A stretch of DNA of 64,000 nt, taken from Candidatus Arcticimaribacter sp. GTDB taxonomy: Bacteria > Bacteroidota > Bacteroidia > Flavobacteriales > Flavobacteriaceae. Numbering within the stretch: the first letter of the stretch is position 1; every line of letters begins with the position of its first letter. Position numbers and translations under genes: made by a program. Below the pieces are notes generated by a model, which saw nothing but the letters and a program-made list of their open reading frames with translations, made no database searches and was not told the origin of the DNA. Below, in pieces: positions 39,910 through 49,512 of the stretch. Location: contig CBFHRA010000003.1 in NCBI GenBank assembly GCA_965658115.1, positions 55,617 through 119,616 of the forward strand, read 5' to 3'.

Positions 39910-41492
39910 AGTCCTACACCGTCTATATGTGGGTAGTTGTGCTACTTTCAATAACGCTAGGGTTTTTGATTGGGAGCAATCAACAAATTGTTCAAAATGT
40001 AGTGCGCCAACCCATGACAGGAAATCAAAAACTGTCACAATTTATGCGGTATTTAGATCAATATTATGTCGATCAAATTGATACCGATAGTTTAGCCACA
40101 GAGGTGATTCAAGATTTAATCAAAAAGTTAGATCCACACTCTTTCTATATCTCCAAAGAAGAATTGTCTCGTATGGCAGAGAACATGCAGGGAAATTTTG
40201 TCGGGATAGGCGTGAGTTTCTTTATGGTAAACGATACTGTTAATGTGGTGCGTGTTCTTCCTGGAGGTCCCAGTAAGACGGCTGGAATTTTGGCGGGGGA
40301 TAGGATATTAATTGCCAATCAAGACACCCTTTATGGGAAGCAGTTGCAAAGCCAAGACATTGTCAACATCCTTAGGGGAGAAGAAGACAGTCCTTTAAAA
40401 CTTTCTCTCTTTCGCCCTAGTGGGCAGAAAAAACTATTGGTAGAATTAAACCGCGGTGCGGTTCCTATTACTTCTGTCGCGCACTATCTAGTCGAACCAA
40501 AAATAGGTTATATCCAAATCAATCGTTTTGCCGAAACGACTGCTAGAGAGTTTGGCAAAGCCATAACAGCCCTAAAGCAGCAAGGAATGACGCAGCTAAT
40601 TTTAGACCTGCGTAATAATCCAGGCGGATATTTAGATGCCGCTGAAGAAATTGCCGATACCTTTTTAAGCGAAGGCAAGTCGATCGTTATGGTCGAAAGC
40701 AACAAAGGAGAGCAAGAGGTAACTTATGCCACAAAAGAAGGTGCCTTTGAAGAGGGGCAAGTCTATGTTTTGATCAATGGGGAATCTGCCTCTGCAAGTG
40801 AAGTGGTGGCAGGAGCACTGCAAGACAATGATCGCGCTTGGATTTTAGGGCAGCGCAGTTTTGGGAAAGGCTTAGTACAACAGCAAATGCCGCTTGGGAC
40901 TAAAGAAGCGGTTCGTCTAACCACAGCGCGGTATTACACCCCTACAGGACGATCAATACAGCGGTCTTATGACAAAGGGAATGAAGCATATTATGACGAA
41001 GTTCAAGAGCGCTATAAAACTGGAGAAATTGCCGATGCGACAAAAATACCTCAAAACGATTCCCTTGCGTTTACAACCCCAAAAGGGAGGGTGGTTTATG
41101 GCGGCGGCGGTATAGTACCAGACATTTATGTAGCAAACACAGCGAGTTTAGACGAAGAATGGAGCAGTTATCTTTTGCGCTCAAATCTAATAAATCACTT
41201 TGTTTTTAGAGAATTAGATCAACGGCGTAAAGACTTTAATGGGCTTGACCGGGAAACATTTATAACTTCTGCTTTAGCGGAAAAAGAACGATGGATCACC
41301 GCTTTGAAGCAATACATAAAAGAGCAAGGAGTTCCTTTGCAATTAGAAGATGAGGAGCTTGCTACCATCGCGATACATTCCTATTTAGGCTTACAGCTTT
41401 TTGACGAAGCTGCGCGTTTAGAAATCCTTCATCGTCAGGACGAATTTATCCAAAAAGCCTTGCAAGAGCTTAAAGAAAAACCTTTAGATTAA
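39906..41492 (+). CDS. S41 family C-terminal processing peptidase
   Basis: LDPHS, PDZ domain, DLRNNPGG, SASASE, FGKGLVQ, TARYYTP.GR. Confidence 0.93.
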   Translation: MKSYTVYMWVVVLLSITLGFLIGSNQQIVQNVVRQPMTGNQKLSQFMRYLDQYYVDQIDTDSLATEVIQDLIKKLDPHSFYISKEELSRMAENMQGNFVGIGVSFFMVNDTVNVVRVLPGGPSKTAGILAGDRILIANQDTLYGKQLQSQDIVNILRGEEDSPLKLSLFRPSGQKKLLVELNRGAVPITSVAHYLVEPKIGYIQINRFAETTAREFGKAITALKQQGMTQLILDLRNNPGGYLDAAEEIADTFLSEGKSIVMVESNKGEQEVTYATKEGAFEEGQVYVLINGESASASEVVAGALQDNDRAWILGQRSFGKGLVQQQMPLGTKEAVRLTTARYYTPTGRSIQRSYDKGNEAYYDEVQERYKTGEIADATKIPQNDSLAFTTPKGRVVYGGGGIVPDIYVANTASLDEEWSSYLLRSNLINHFVFRELDQRRKDFNGLDRETFITSALAEKERWITALKQYIKEQGVPLQLEDEELATIAIHSYLGLQLFDEAARLEILHRQDEFIQKALQELKEKPLD

Positions 41493-41699
41493 TTAAAAGT
41501 TCTTCCCTTTTTGCTTGGCATTTATCTTTAGCGATAGCAAAAGAATCCAAATTAAAAGTAAAGCAGAACCTGAAGCTAAAATCCCAATAATGGCGACCAG
41601 GCTGTCTCCTTCTGTAGGCATTTCCCAGTCAATCATAGTGACGTTAAAAATCATCATTCCTAAGGCCAGTACTGCCATAACACGCAAGAAGTTTTTCAT
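41493..41699 (-). CDS. Small two-TM hypothetical membrane protein
   Basis: 68 aa, two hydrophobic helices, fills the gap downstream of marC in the same orientation. Confidence 0.65.
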   Translation of the reverse strand: MKNFLRVMAVLALGMMIFNVTMIDWEMPTEGDSLVAIIGILASGSALLLIWILLLSLKINAKQKGKNF

Positions 41700-41710
41700 A
41701 AGTATATTGT

Positions 41711-42283
41711 TTAAAAGAGTTGCTGCACGTTTGATGTAAAGAGTTTTACAGCAATAGCTAATAGGACTACGCCAAAAACTTTTCGGATAATATTAATCCC
41801 AGATCGTCCCAGCAGTTTTTCAATTCTGCTAGAAGATTTTAAGATGATATAGACAATAATGATGTTGATCACAATAGCAATAATGATATTGATTACGTGA
41901 TATTCTGCTCTAAGGGAAAGCAAAGAAGTCAAGGTTCCTGCCCCTGCAATCATAGGAAATGCAAGTGGAACGATTGAAGCTGTATCCGGCTCGTCGTTGT
42001 TAAAGAGATTAACGCCTAAAACCATTTCAAGCGCTAGGAAGAAAATAATGAACGACCCTGCGATAGCAAAAGAATTGGTGTCAATCCCAATGAGTTTCAA
42101 GATTTCTTCTCCCACAAAAAGAAAAGCAATCATAATTACCCCCGAAACAATTGACGCCTTTTCAGATTGAATATGGCCAACTTTTTCTCTCAATGAAATC
42201 ACTAATGGAATATTGCCAATAATATCAATTACAGCAAATAAAACCATTCCTGCAGTAAATACCTCTTTTAAGTCAAATGCCAT
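41711..42283 (-). CDS. MarC family membrane protein
   Basis: LFAVIDIIGNIP, SF.IAG, IVPLAFP.IAG.G, G..LLAIAV; ATG at 42283. Confidence 0.9.
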   Translation of the reverse strand: MAFDLKEVFTAGMVLFAVIDIIGNIPLVISLREKVGHIQSEKASIVSGVIMIAFLFVGEEILKLIGIDTNSFAIAGSFIIFFLALEMVLGVNLFNNDEPDTASIVPLAFPMIAGAGTLTSLLSLRAEYHVINIIIAIVINIIIVYIILKSSSRIEKLLGRSGINIIRKVFGVVLLAIAVKLFTSNVQQLF

Positions 42284-42378
42284 CGCTTTGTGTTTTATAA
42301 AGCAAAAGTACATCAATTCTCTTTGCTTTTGTGAGATTCAAAACGAATTTATCCTCTTCAAAAAACTATCTTTGACCC

Positions 42379-42948
42379 ATGATGCAGATAGATAAAACAT
42401 TGGTTTCAGATGATTTATTTGAAAAAGAATTCGTTTGTAATCTACAACAGTGCAAAGGCGCATGTTGTATAGAAGGAGAAGCAGGAGCACCACTGGAAGA
42501 AGGAGAATTAAAAGAATTAGAAAAAAACTTTGAGGCCATTCGTCCCTACCTCAATAAAAAAGGCTTAGCTGAAATTGAGCAACAAGGGCTATATGTAAAA
42601 GGCTGGGATGGAGAATGGGAAACCCCTATCATAGAAGGAAAAGAATGTGTTTACACCGTCTTTGACGATAAAGGTCATGCCGCTTGTGGGATAGAAAAAG
42701 CCTATTTAGACGGTAAAATTGACTGGAAAAAACCCGTTTCTTGTCATTTATATCCCGTTCGTGTACAACAATATTCAGAATTTGCGGCGGTCAATTATCA
42801 CCATTGGCAAATCTGTAGTGATGCCTGTAGCTTAGGAGAACAATTAAAGGTTCCCGTCTACAAATTTGTCAAAGAAGCTTTGATTAGAAAGTTTGGAAAA
42901 GACTGGTATAATTCGCTCGAAAAAGTTGCTGAAGAAAAAGCCAGTTAG
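42379..42948 (+). CDS. DUF3109 family Cys-rich protein
   Basis: FVCNL..CKGACC.EG..GAPL, ECVY, CGIE.AY, KPVSCHLYP.R. Confidence 0.85.
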   Translation: MMQIDKTLVSDDLFEKEFVCNLQQCKGACCIEGEAGAPLEEGELKELEKNFEAIRPYLNKKGLAEIEQQGLYVKGWDGEWETPIIEGKECVYTVFDDKGHAACGIEKAYLDGKIDWKKPVSCHLYPVRVQQYSEFAAVNYHHWQICSDACSLGEQLKVPVYKFVKEALIRKFGKDWYNSLEKVAEEKAS

Positions 42949-43078
42949 CGTTTCTAGGGTTTATAGGGCTTAAGAGATGAAAATCAGTTTAAACACTTGA
43001 TTAACAAATTATTAAAAACTAGTCTATTTTAGCGATTTGTTGTAATTCAAGGCTGTTTTGTTAAAAACTATAGGTCAT

Positions 43079-43087
43079 TGTGGATAA
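43079..43087 (-). promoter_or_regulatory. Perfect DnaA box upstream of nrdB
   Basis: TGTGGATAA is the reverse complement of TTATCCACA. Confidence 0.55.
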
Positions 43088-43167
43088 GTATGACTTTCAT
43101 TTCTTCTCACAATTTTAAATCTTTGTTAAAAACAAAAATAGAACTAGAAATTCAAAATGACGAGATT

Positions 43168-44145
43168 ATGGCAGCAGTAGAACCGATACTTCAAGAAAAC
43201 AAAGACAGATTCGTAATTTTTCCAATCAAACACCACGACATTTGGGAGTGGTATAAAAAGATGGAAGCAAGTTTCTGGACAGCAGAAGAAATCGATTTAC
43301 ACCAGGATCTTACAGATTGGAACGACAAGTTAAGTGCAGATGAAAAATACTTCATCAAGCATATCTTGGCCTTCTTTGCTGCTTCTGATGGAATTGTCAA
43401 TGAAAATTTAGCAGAGAACTTTGTCAACGAAGTTCAATATTCTGAAGCGAAGTTTTTCTATGGTTTCCAAATCATGATGGAAAACATCCATTCTGAAACC
43501 TATTCTTTATTAATCGATACTTATGTAAAAGATGAGGCTGAAAAAGATCAATTGTTCCGTGCGATTGAGGTTTTCCCTGCGATTAAGAAAAAAGCAGAGT
43601 GGGCATTAAAATGGATAGATTCAGATTCTTTTGCAGAGCGTCTTATCGCTTTTGCAGCAGTAGAAGGGATTTTCTTTTCTGGAGCATTTTGTTCAATTTA
43701 TTGGTTAAAGAAACGCGGGCTAATGCCAGGACTAACTTTCTCTAATGAGTTAATCTCTCGTGATGAAGGAGTTCACTGTGACTTTGCCGTGCACTTACAC
43801 AACCATCACCTGGTGAACAAAGTGCCTACAGAGCGTATCCAAGAAATTATTTTAGATGCCCTAAACATCGAGCGCGAGTTTGTAACAGAATCATTACCAG
43901 TTAGCTTAATTGGGATGAATTCTAAATTGATGACACAATACCTTGAGTTTGTGACAGACCGCTTATTGGTTGAATTAAATTGCCCAAAAGAATTTAATGT
44001 ATCCAACCCATTTGATTTTATGGACATGATTTCCCTGCAAGGGAAAACCAACTTCTTTGAGAAGCGTGTGTCAGAATATCAAAAGGCGGGCGTTCTAAAC
44101 GCCGAAGATCAAGAAACTAAAATTAGTTTCGACGCAGATTTCTAG
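43168..44145 (+). CDS. nrdB: Class Ia ribonucleotide reductase beta subunit
   Basis: [45 protein letters not shown]; ATG at 43168. Confidence 0.96.
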   Translation: MAAVEPILQENKDRFVIFPIKHHDIWEWYKKMEASFWTAEEIDLHQDLTDWNDKLSADEKYFIKHILAFFAASDGIVNENLAENFVNEVQYSEAKFFYGFQIMMENIHSETYSLLIDTYVKDEAEKDQLFRAIEVFPAIKKKAEWALKWIDSDSFAERLIAFAAVEGIFFSGAFCSIYWLKKRGLMPGLTFSNELISRDEGVHCDFAVHLHNHHLVNKVPTERIQEIILDALNIEREFVTESLPVSLIGMNSKLMTQYLEFVTDRLLVELNCPKEFNVSNPFDFMDMISLQGKTNFFEKRVSEYQKAGVLNAEDQETKISFDADF

Positions 44146-44225
44146 AAGTCCCCTCTAGTTATAAAAACAGCGGTATTGTTGACAAGCAACTATACCAATA
44201 AAATAATCGTTAAAACCAAAAGTGC

Positions 44226-46673
44226 ATGTTTGTAGTCAAAAGAGACGGGCATAAAGAGCCCATTATGTTCGATAAAATTACCGCAAGGGTAAAAAAGTTA
44301 TGTTATGATTTAAATCCACTGGTTGATCCAGTTCGTGTTGCGATGCGCGTGATTGAAGGGTTATATGACGGAGTGACTACTTCTGAGCTGGATAATCTAG
44401 CGTCTGAAATTGCCGCAACAATGACGACTTCTCACCCTGACTATGCACAACTGGCTGCGCGTATTTCTGTATCGAATCTGCACAAAAACACCAAGAAGTC
44501 CTTCTCTGATACCATGACGGACTTGTACAAATATGTTAACCCCAGAACAGGTAAAGATGCACCTTTACTTTCTGATGAGGTTTATAACATTATTCAAAAG
44601 AACAAAGAGGTCCTTGACTCAAGCATCATTTATAATCGCGATTTTGGCTATGACTTCTTTGGTTTTAAAACCTTAGAACGTTCTTACTTACTTAAACTTA
44701 ATGGCGAAATAGTTGAACGCCCACAGCATATGTTGATGCGTGTTTCTGTAGGAATTCACATGGAAGACATTGATTCGGTTTTAGAGACCTATGAGTTGAT
44801 GTCTAAGCGTTTCTTTACCCACGCAACACCAACCCTGTTCAACTCTGGAACACCAAAACCACAGATGTCTTCTTGCTTCCTTTTGGCGATGCAAGATGAC
44901 AGTATTGACGGTATCTATGACACCTTAAAACAAACGGCTAAAATTTCTCAGTCTGCAGGAGGAATTGGTCTTTCTATACACAACGTTAGAGCGACAGGCT
45001 CTTATATCTCTGGAACTAACGGAACTTCTAATGGGATTGTTCCCATGTTGCGTGTTTATAACGATACTGCTCGTTATGTAGATCAAGGTGGCGGTAAAAG
45101 AAAAGGCTCTTTTGCTATTTACATAGAACCATGGCATGCCGATATATTTGATTTCCTTGATTTAAGAAAGAATCACGGAAAAGAAGAAATGCGTGCACGT
45201 GATTTATTCTATGCTATGTGGACGCCAGATTTATTCATGAAAAGGGTGGAAGCAGATGCAGAATGGACCCTAATGTGTCCAAACGAATGTCCAGATTTAT
45301 ACAAATGTCACAGTGATGAATTTGATGCTTTATACACCAAATACGAAAGTGAAGGAAAAGGGCGTAAAACAATTCGTGCCCGTGAACTATGGGAGAAAAT
45401 ATTAGAGTCGCAAATCGAAACCGGTACACCTTATATGTTGTACAAGGATGCGGCGAATCGCAAGTCGAACCAAAAGAATTTGGGAACCATTCGTTCTTCT
45501 AACTTATGTACAGAGATCATGGAGTACACCTCTCCAGACGAAGTTGCCGTATGTAACCTAGCCTCGATTGCCTTGCCTATGTTCGTAAAAGACGGAGCTT
45601 TTGATCATGACGAACTTTACCGTGTGACCAAGCAAGTCACTAAAAACTTGAACCGTGTAATTGATCGTAACTACTATCCGGTTCAAGAAGCAGAGAATTC
45701 TAATATGCGCCATCGTCCAGTAGGGCTAGGAGTACAAGGATTAGCCGATACCTTTATACAACTGCGCCTACCATTTACTTCGCAAGAAGCAAAAGACTTA
45801 AATCAAGACATTTTCGAAACCCTCTATTTTGCTGCTGTAACCGCCTCTATGGAAGAAGCAGAAAAAGACGGACCCTACTCTACATTTAAAGGTTCCCCGA
45901 TGTCAAAAGGAGAATTCCAGCACAATATGTGGGGCGTGAAAGACGAAGAATTAAGTGGTCGATGGGACTGGGCAGCTTTACGTAAACAAGTTAAAAAGCA
46001 CGGTGTGCGTAACTCTCTCCTCGTTGCACCTATGCCAACAGCTTCTACCTCTCAAATTCTTGGAAACAACGAATGTTTTGAACCCTATACGTCTAACATC
46101 TACACTCGTCGTGTACTCTCTGGAGAGTTTATCGTTGTAAACAAACACCTTTTAGAGGATTTAGTAGAACTAGGTTTGTGGACAGAAGACATGAAGCAAG
46201 AGTTGATGCGTGCAAATGGATCAGTGCAAAATATTGAGGGGATTCCAGCAGAGATCAAAGAGCTGTATAAAACAGTTTGGGAACTAAGCATGAAAGACAT
46301 CATCGACATGTCTCGCCATAGAGGTTACTTTATCGATCAATCTCAATCCTTAAATCTCTTTATGGAAGGAGCCACCATGGCGAAATTAACTTCTATGCAC
46401 TTCTATGCATGGAAATCTGGCTTAAAGACAGGAATGTATTACTTGAGAACTAAATCTGCAGTAGATGCGATTAAGTTTACCTTGAGTAATAAAGAGAAAG
46501 CTCAAGTGCCTGAGACAGCCGCTGCAGCCGCTGCACAAGCCCCACTAAAAGCCAATACAGCAGCAAAACCAGCCGCTGTACCCGTAGAGCCTTTAACCCC
46601 AGAAGAGTTAAAAACCATGTTAGATCAGTCACGTGAAAGCGAAGATGACGACTGCTTAATGTGCGGCTCATAA
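44226..46673 (+). CDS. nrdA: Class Ia ribonucleotide reductase alpha subunit with ATP cone
   Basis: VVKRDG ATP cone, [20 protein letters not shown]-terminal CLMC. Confidence 0.97.
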   Translation: MFVVKRDGHKEPIMFDKITARVKKLCYDLNPLVDPVRVAMRVIEGLYDGVTTSELDNLASEIAATMTTSHPDYAQLAARISVSNLHKNTKKSFSDTMTDLYKYVNPRTGKDAPLLSDEVYNIIQKNKEVLDSSIIYNRDFGYDFFGFKTLERSYLLKLNGEIVERPQHMLMRVSVGIHMEDIDSVLETYELMSKRFFTHATPTLFNSGTPKPQMSSCFLLAMQDDSIDGIYDTLKQTAKISQSAGGIGLSIHNVRATGSYISGTNGTSNGIVPMLRVYNDTARYVDQGGGKRKGSFAIYIEPWHADIFDFLDLRKNHGKEEMRARDLFYAMWTPDLFMKRVEADAEWTLMCPNECPDLYKCHSDEFDALYTKYESEGKGRKTIRARELWEKILESQIETGTPYMLYKDAANRKSNQKNLGTIRSSNLCTEIMEYTSPDEVAVCNLASIALPMFVKDGAFDHDELYRVTKQVTKNLNRVIDRNYYPVQEAENSNMRHRPVGLGVQGLADTFIQLRLPFTSQEAKDLNQDIFETLYFAAVTASMEEAEKDGPYSTFKGSPMSKGEFQHNMWGVKDEELSGRWDWAALRKQVKKHGVRNSLLVAPMPTASTSQILGNNECFEPYTSNIYTRRVLSGEFIVVNKHLLEDLVELGLWTEDMKQELMRANGSVQNIEGIPAEIKELYKTVWELSMKDIIDMSRHRGYFIDQSQSLNLFMEGATMAKLTSMHFYAWKSGLKTGMYYLRTKSAVDAIKFTLSNKEKAQVPETAAAAAAQAPLKANTAAKPAAVPVEPLTPEELKTMLDQSRESEDDDCLMCGS

Positions 46674-46691
46674 ATTAAATAACTATAAATC

Positions 46692-46714
46692 AGCCCCTTA
46701 ACGGGGCTTTTTTT
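46692..46714 (+). terminator. Rho-independent terminator of nrdBA
   Basis: AGCCCC-TTAAC-GGGGCT followed by a T tract. Confidence 0.85.
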
Positions 46715-46727
46715 ATACCCTACACCC

Positions 46728-46800
46728 TAATGTTAAATTAATGTTACGTAAATATAATTCTAATGTTAATTTAATGTTATATATTTGATATGTAACATTA
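46728..46800. promoter_or_regulatory. Array of 11-bp-phased direct repeats (TAATGTTA), Pho-box-like, overlapping -7 element TATATTTG
   Basis: TAATGTTA at 46728, 46739, 46761 and 46772; inverted copy TAACATTA at 46793-46800; TATATTTG at 46780-46787. Confidence 0.7.
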
Positions 46801-46812
46801 AATCTATCAATT

Positions 46813-47178
46813 ATGAGAGCTTACATTTTAACATTCGCTTTAATGCTAGGAGTCACAGTAATGGCTCAGGAAAATAATGAAACTTTAAAAACGGTTACCG
46901 TTAAAGAAGGCAAATTAACCAAGGTTAATATGTATCACGAAAACGGACAATTAGCTCAACAGGGATATTTAAAGAATAATAGGCTTCATGGAAAATGGGT
47001 CAAGTATTCTGAAGAAGGAGATTTACTTTGTGTTGCCAACTACTCACGTGGAAAACGCAATGGTACTTGGTTGTTTTGGGAAAATAAAGACTTAACAGAA
47101 GTTGAGTTTAAAAACAATAAAGTCTTACAAAAATTAACTTTTGAATCACAAACTAAAGTAGTTTCCGTAGAACGTTAA
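46813..47178 (+). CDS. Small secreted MORN-variant repeat protein (YwqK-like)
   Basis: Signal peptide ending MAQ; YHENGQL..QG..KN...HGKW..YSEEG, Y..GKRNGTWLFW repeats. Confidence 0.8.
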   Translation: MRAYILTFALMLGVTVMAQENNETLKTVTVKEGKLTKVNMYHENGQLAQQGYLKNNRLHGKWVKYSEEGDLLCVANYSRGKRNGTWLFWENKDLTEVEFKNNKVLQKLTFESQTKVVSVER

Positions 47179-47181
47179 ACC

Positions 47182-49461
47182 CTATAGATTTGTTTTTAGT
47201 TGATTTGTCGTATGATAAAACGAATCAATTAAGACTATTTTGTGGCGAATTAAATCTTTCGACTTAAGGAGTATATTAAAATACAATCTTGTGTTTTTTG
47301 GACTTCGCTCCTCCACCCTTGTCAAACTAATCTGTTCATTGATCTTATCATCAATCGTGGCAATCATATCCTCCTTTTTCCCTAACACTTCCCCCAGTTG
47401 TTTTAAGGAGTTATCTTCAAAAGCGTTAATAGAACCTTTTAGCAATAAGTCAATTAGCTGAGAGATTTCTTTTAGTCCTCTAATTTGACTTAGTTTTAAT
47501 TTACTGTGATTATTATTGATATGATCATAGCTTATGTTGACAAGATAATCGATGTCTTCGATAATGTCTTGAATATGAACCAAAGTGTCAATATAAAATC
47601 GACTTGCTTCAACACTATTATCTTCTAATTTTCGAATAAAAGAAAACAAATTGGATCTAAGGTCGTGGATACTTTCTTCTAAATACTTTACTTTCTTTTT
47701 GGCCTGACTAAGCTTCTTAAGATTTTGAGAGGAAAGCCCTTCAATAACCAGGGTAAAAGCTTGATGGGTATCTATAGCAACCTGTGTGATGTTTTCATCC
47801 GCTTCTTTAATTACCCCAATATAAGAATGACTTCCAGATTTTAAGATGGGAGATTCTACTTCAATTTCCTTTGATTTCTTTCGATGGTTTAAGAAATTTT
47901 TTCCTGTAATAAGCAGAACTAAAAAAAAGATCGATGCAATGGCCACAGGACCACCGATATGGAATAAGTACAAGATAATTCCACAAACCGTAAAGGCACT
48001 CAAGGCAGTAAAAAACCATCCTCCAATTACATTTAATACCCCAGCCACACGATAAACGGCACTATCTCTCCCCCAAGCTTTATCTGCCAGGGATGTTCCC
48101 ATAGCGACCATAAAAGTAACATAAGTCGTGGATAACGGAAGTTTTAAAGAAGTCGCTGCAGAAATCAATACAGCAGCAACAACAAGGTTGATACTTGCAC
48201 GCATCATATCAAAAGAGGGCGCGGTGTCAGTCCAGTCTTCTGTTGATTTTACGGGAATTAATTCGAATTTTCGGTTAATTTTCTTTTGTGTTGCCTGTGG
48301 AATGAATCGAATAATTTGATCACTGGTCCAACTAAAAAATCGTACCAAGCCTCTAGAAAGGGCGTTTGGTTTAAAACGCTCTTTAGTATCATTTTGATTG
48401 GATAAATCTAGGGAAGTTTGCACCACTCCTTTTGCTTTTGAGGAAAACCAAAGGGTTAATATCATGATCATCCCAGAAACAAATAAGAATAAAGTTGGGG
48501 TAGGTACTTTAGCGTCTAGGGCACTCATTTGGAAACTTTCTGCGGCTACTCCAGAAGCAACCCAAGCTTCATAAGATTGAAAAGCAGCGATAGGGACCCC
48601 AATAAAATTAACCAAGTCATTTCCGGCAAATGCAAGCGCCAGGGCAAAGGTCCCTATGGCAATAATCAATTTGAAAATATTAATCTGGGTAAATTTGATT
48701 AAGGCGTAAGAAATTAAATACCAGATCAAGAGATTAAATCCATTGACTAAGATTATTTCATTATTGAGAAATTCCTTAATGGTTTGATCTCCTAGAAATG
48801 AAAATGAAATACTCGCATATTGCGTTCCCTTGATTCCTTTGATTAAAATAAAGTTGGAAAGGGCGGCTAAAGAAATTCCTCCAAAAAGCGCTTTCTTCAC
48901 CGCAGAAGTTTTTTCCAGGAAAAAAGTCAACATATAGCGAGAGATCCACTGCACGATCGCCCCTATACTAAAGGCGACGACAACAGAAAGTAGGATCCCA
49001 AAAATAATTTGGGTTGCCTTAGCGGTATTGATGTAGTGCTCTAATTCGGCTATACTACCCCCATTGGCTAAAATTTTAATCATTGCCATTACTATGGCTG
49101 CACCTAGTAATTCAAAAACGATTGAAACGGTGGTTGAGGTAGGCATCCCAAGGGTGTTAAAAAAGTCCAATAGCAGGATATCCGTAATCATCACGGCCAT
49201 AAAAATGTAGATGATTTCTTGAAAACTAAAAGCAGAGGGATTAAAGATTCCTTTGCGCGCAACCTCCATCATACCACTAGAGAATATGGCGCCCAGGGCG
49301 ATTCCTATACTGGCTAAAATCATGATGTTGCGAAAGGAAATCGCTTTTGATCCAATCGCCGAATTTAAAAAATTGACGGCGTCATTACTGACGCCGACAA
49401 TTAAATCTCCTATGGCTAATATGGCCAAAAGTATTACAATATATAAATATAAATTTTCCAT
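47182..49461 (-). CDS. Inorganic phosphate transporter (PiT family) with C-terminal PhoU-like helical domain
   Basis: Two PiT repeats GVSNDAVNF and FAGNDLVNF, PTSTT and PLSTTY signatures; soluble helical C-terminus of about 230 aa. Confidence 0.88.
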   Translation of the reverse strand: MENLYLYIVILLAILAIGDLIVGVSNDAVNFLNSAIGSKAISFRNIMILASIGIALGAIFSSGMMEVARKGIFNPSAFSFQEIIYIFMAVMITDILLLDFFNTLGMPTSTTVSIVFELLGAAIVMAMIKILANGGSIAELEHYINTAKATQIIFGILLSVVVAFSIGAIVQWISRYMLTFFLEKTSAVKKALFGGISLAALSNFILIKGIKGTQYASISFSFLGDQTIKEFLNNEIILVNGFNLLIWYLISYALIKFTQINIFKLIIAIGTFALALAFAGNDLVNFIGVPIAAFQSYEAWVASGVAAESFQMSALDAKVPTPTLFLFVSGMIMILTLWFSSKAKGVVQTSLDLSNQNDTKERFKPNALSRGLVRFFSWTSDQIIRFIPQATQKKINRKFELIPVKSTEDWTDTAPSFDMMRASINLVVAAVLISAATSLKLPLSTTYVTFMVAMGTSLADKAWGRDSAVYRVAGVLNVIGGWFFTALSAFTVCGIILYLFHIGGPVAIASIFFLVLLITGKNFLNHRKKSKEIEVESPILKSGSHSYIGVIKEADENITQVAIDTHQAFTLVIEGLSSQNLKKLSQAKKKVKYLEESIHDLRSNLFSFIRKLEDNSVEASRFYIDTLVHIQDIIEDIDYLVNISYDHINNNHSKLKLSQIRGLKEISQLIDLLLKGSINAFEDNSLKQLGEVLGKKEDMIATIDDKINEQISLTRVEERSPKNTRLYFNILLKSKDLIRHKIVLIDSFYHTTNQLKTNL

Positions 49462-49512
49462 ATAGTTATACTGTAAAACTACATTTTTTTGAGATGCTTA
49501 AACAAAAACTTA

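Noticed and set aside
44226-46673. Intein or intron in nrdA
   Set aside because: Length and motif spacing are normal; the only extra is an Ala/Pro-rich C-terminal linker
46813-47178. Toxin-antitoxin (YwqK) or NaMN adenylyltransferase annotation
   Set aside because: No neighbouring toxin and no HxGH motif; it is a secreted MORN-repeat protein
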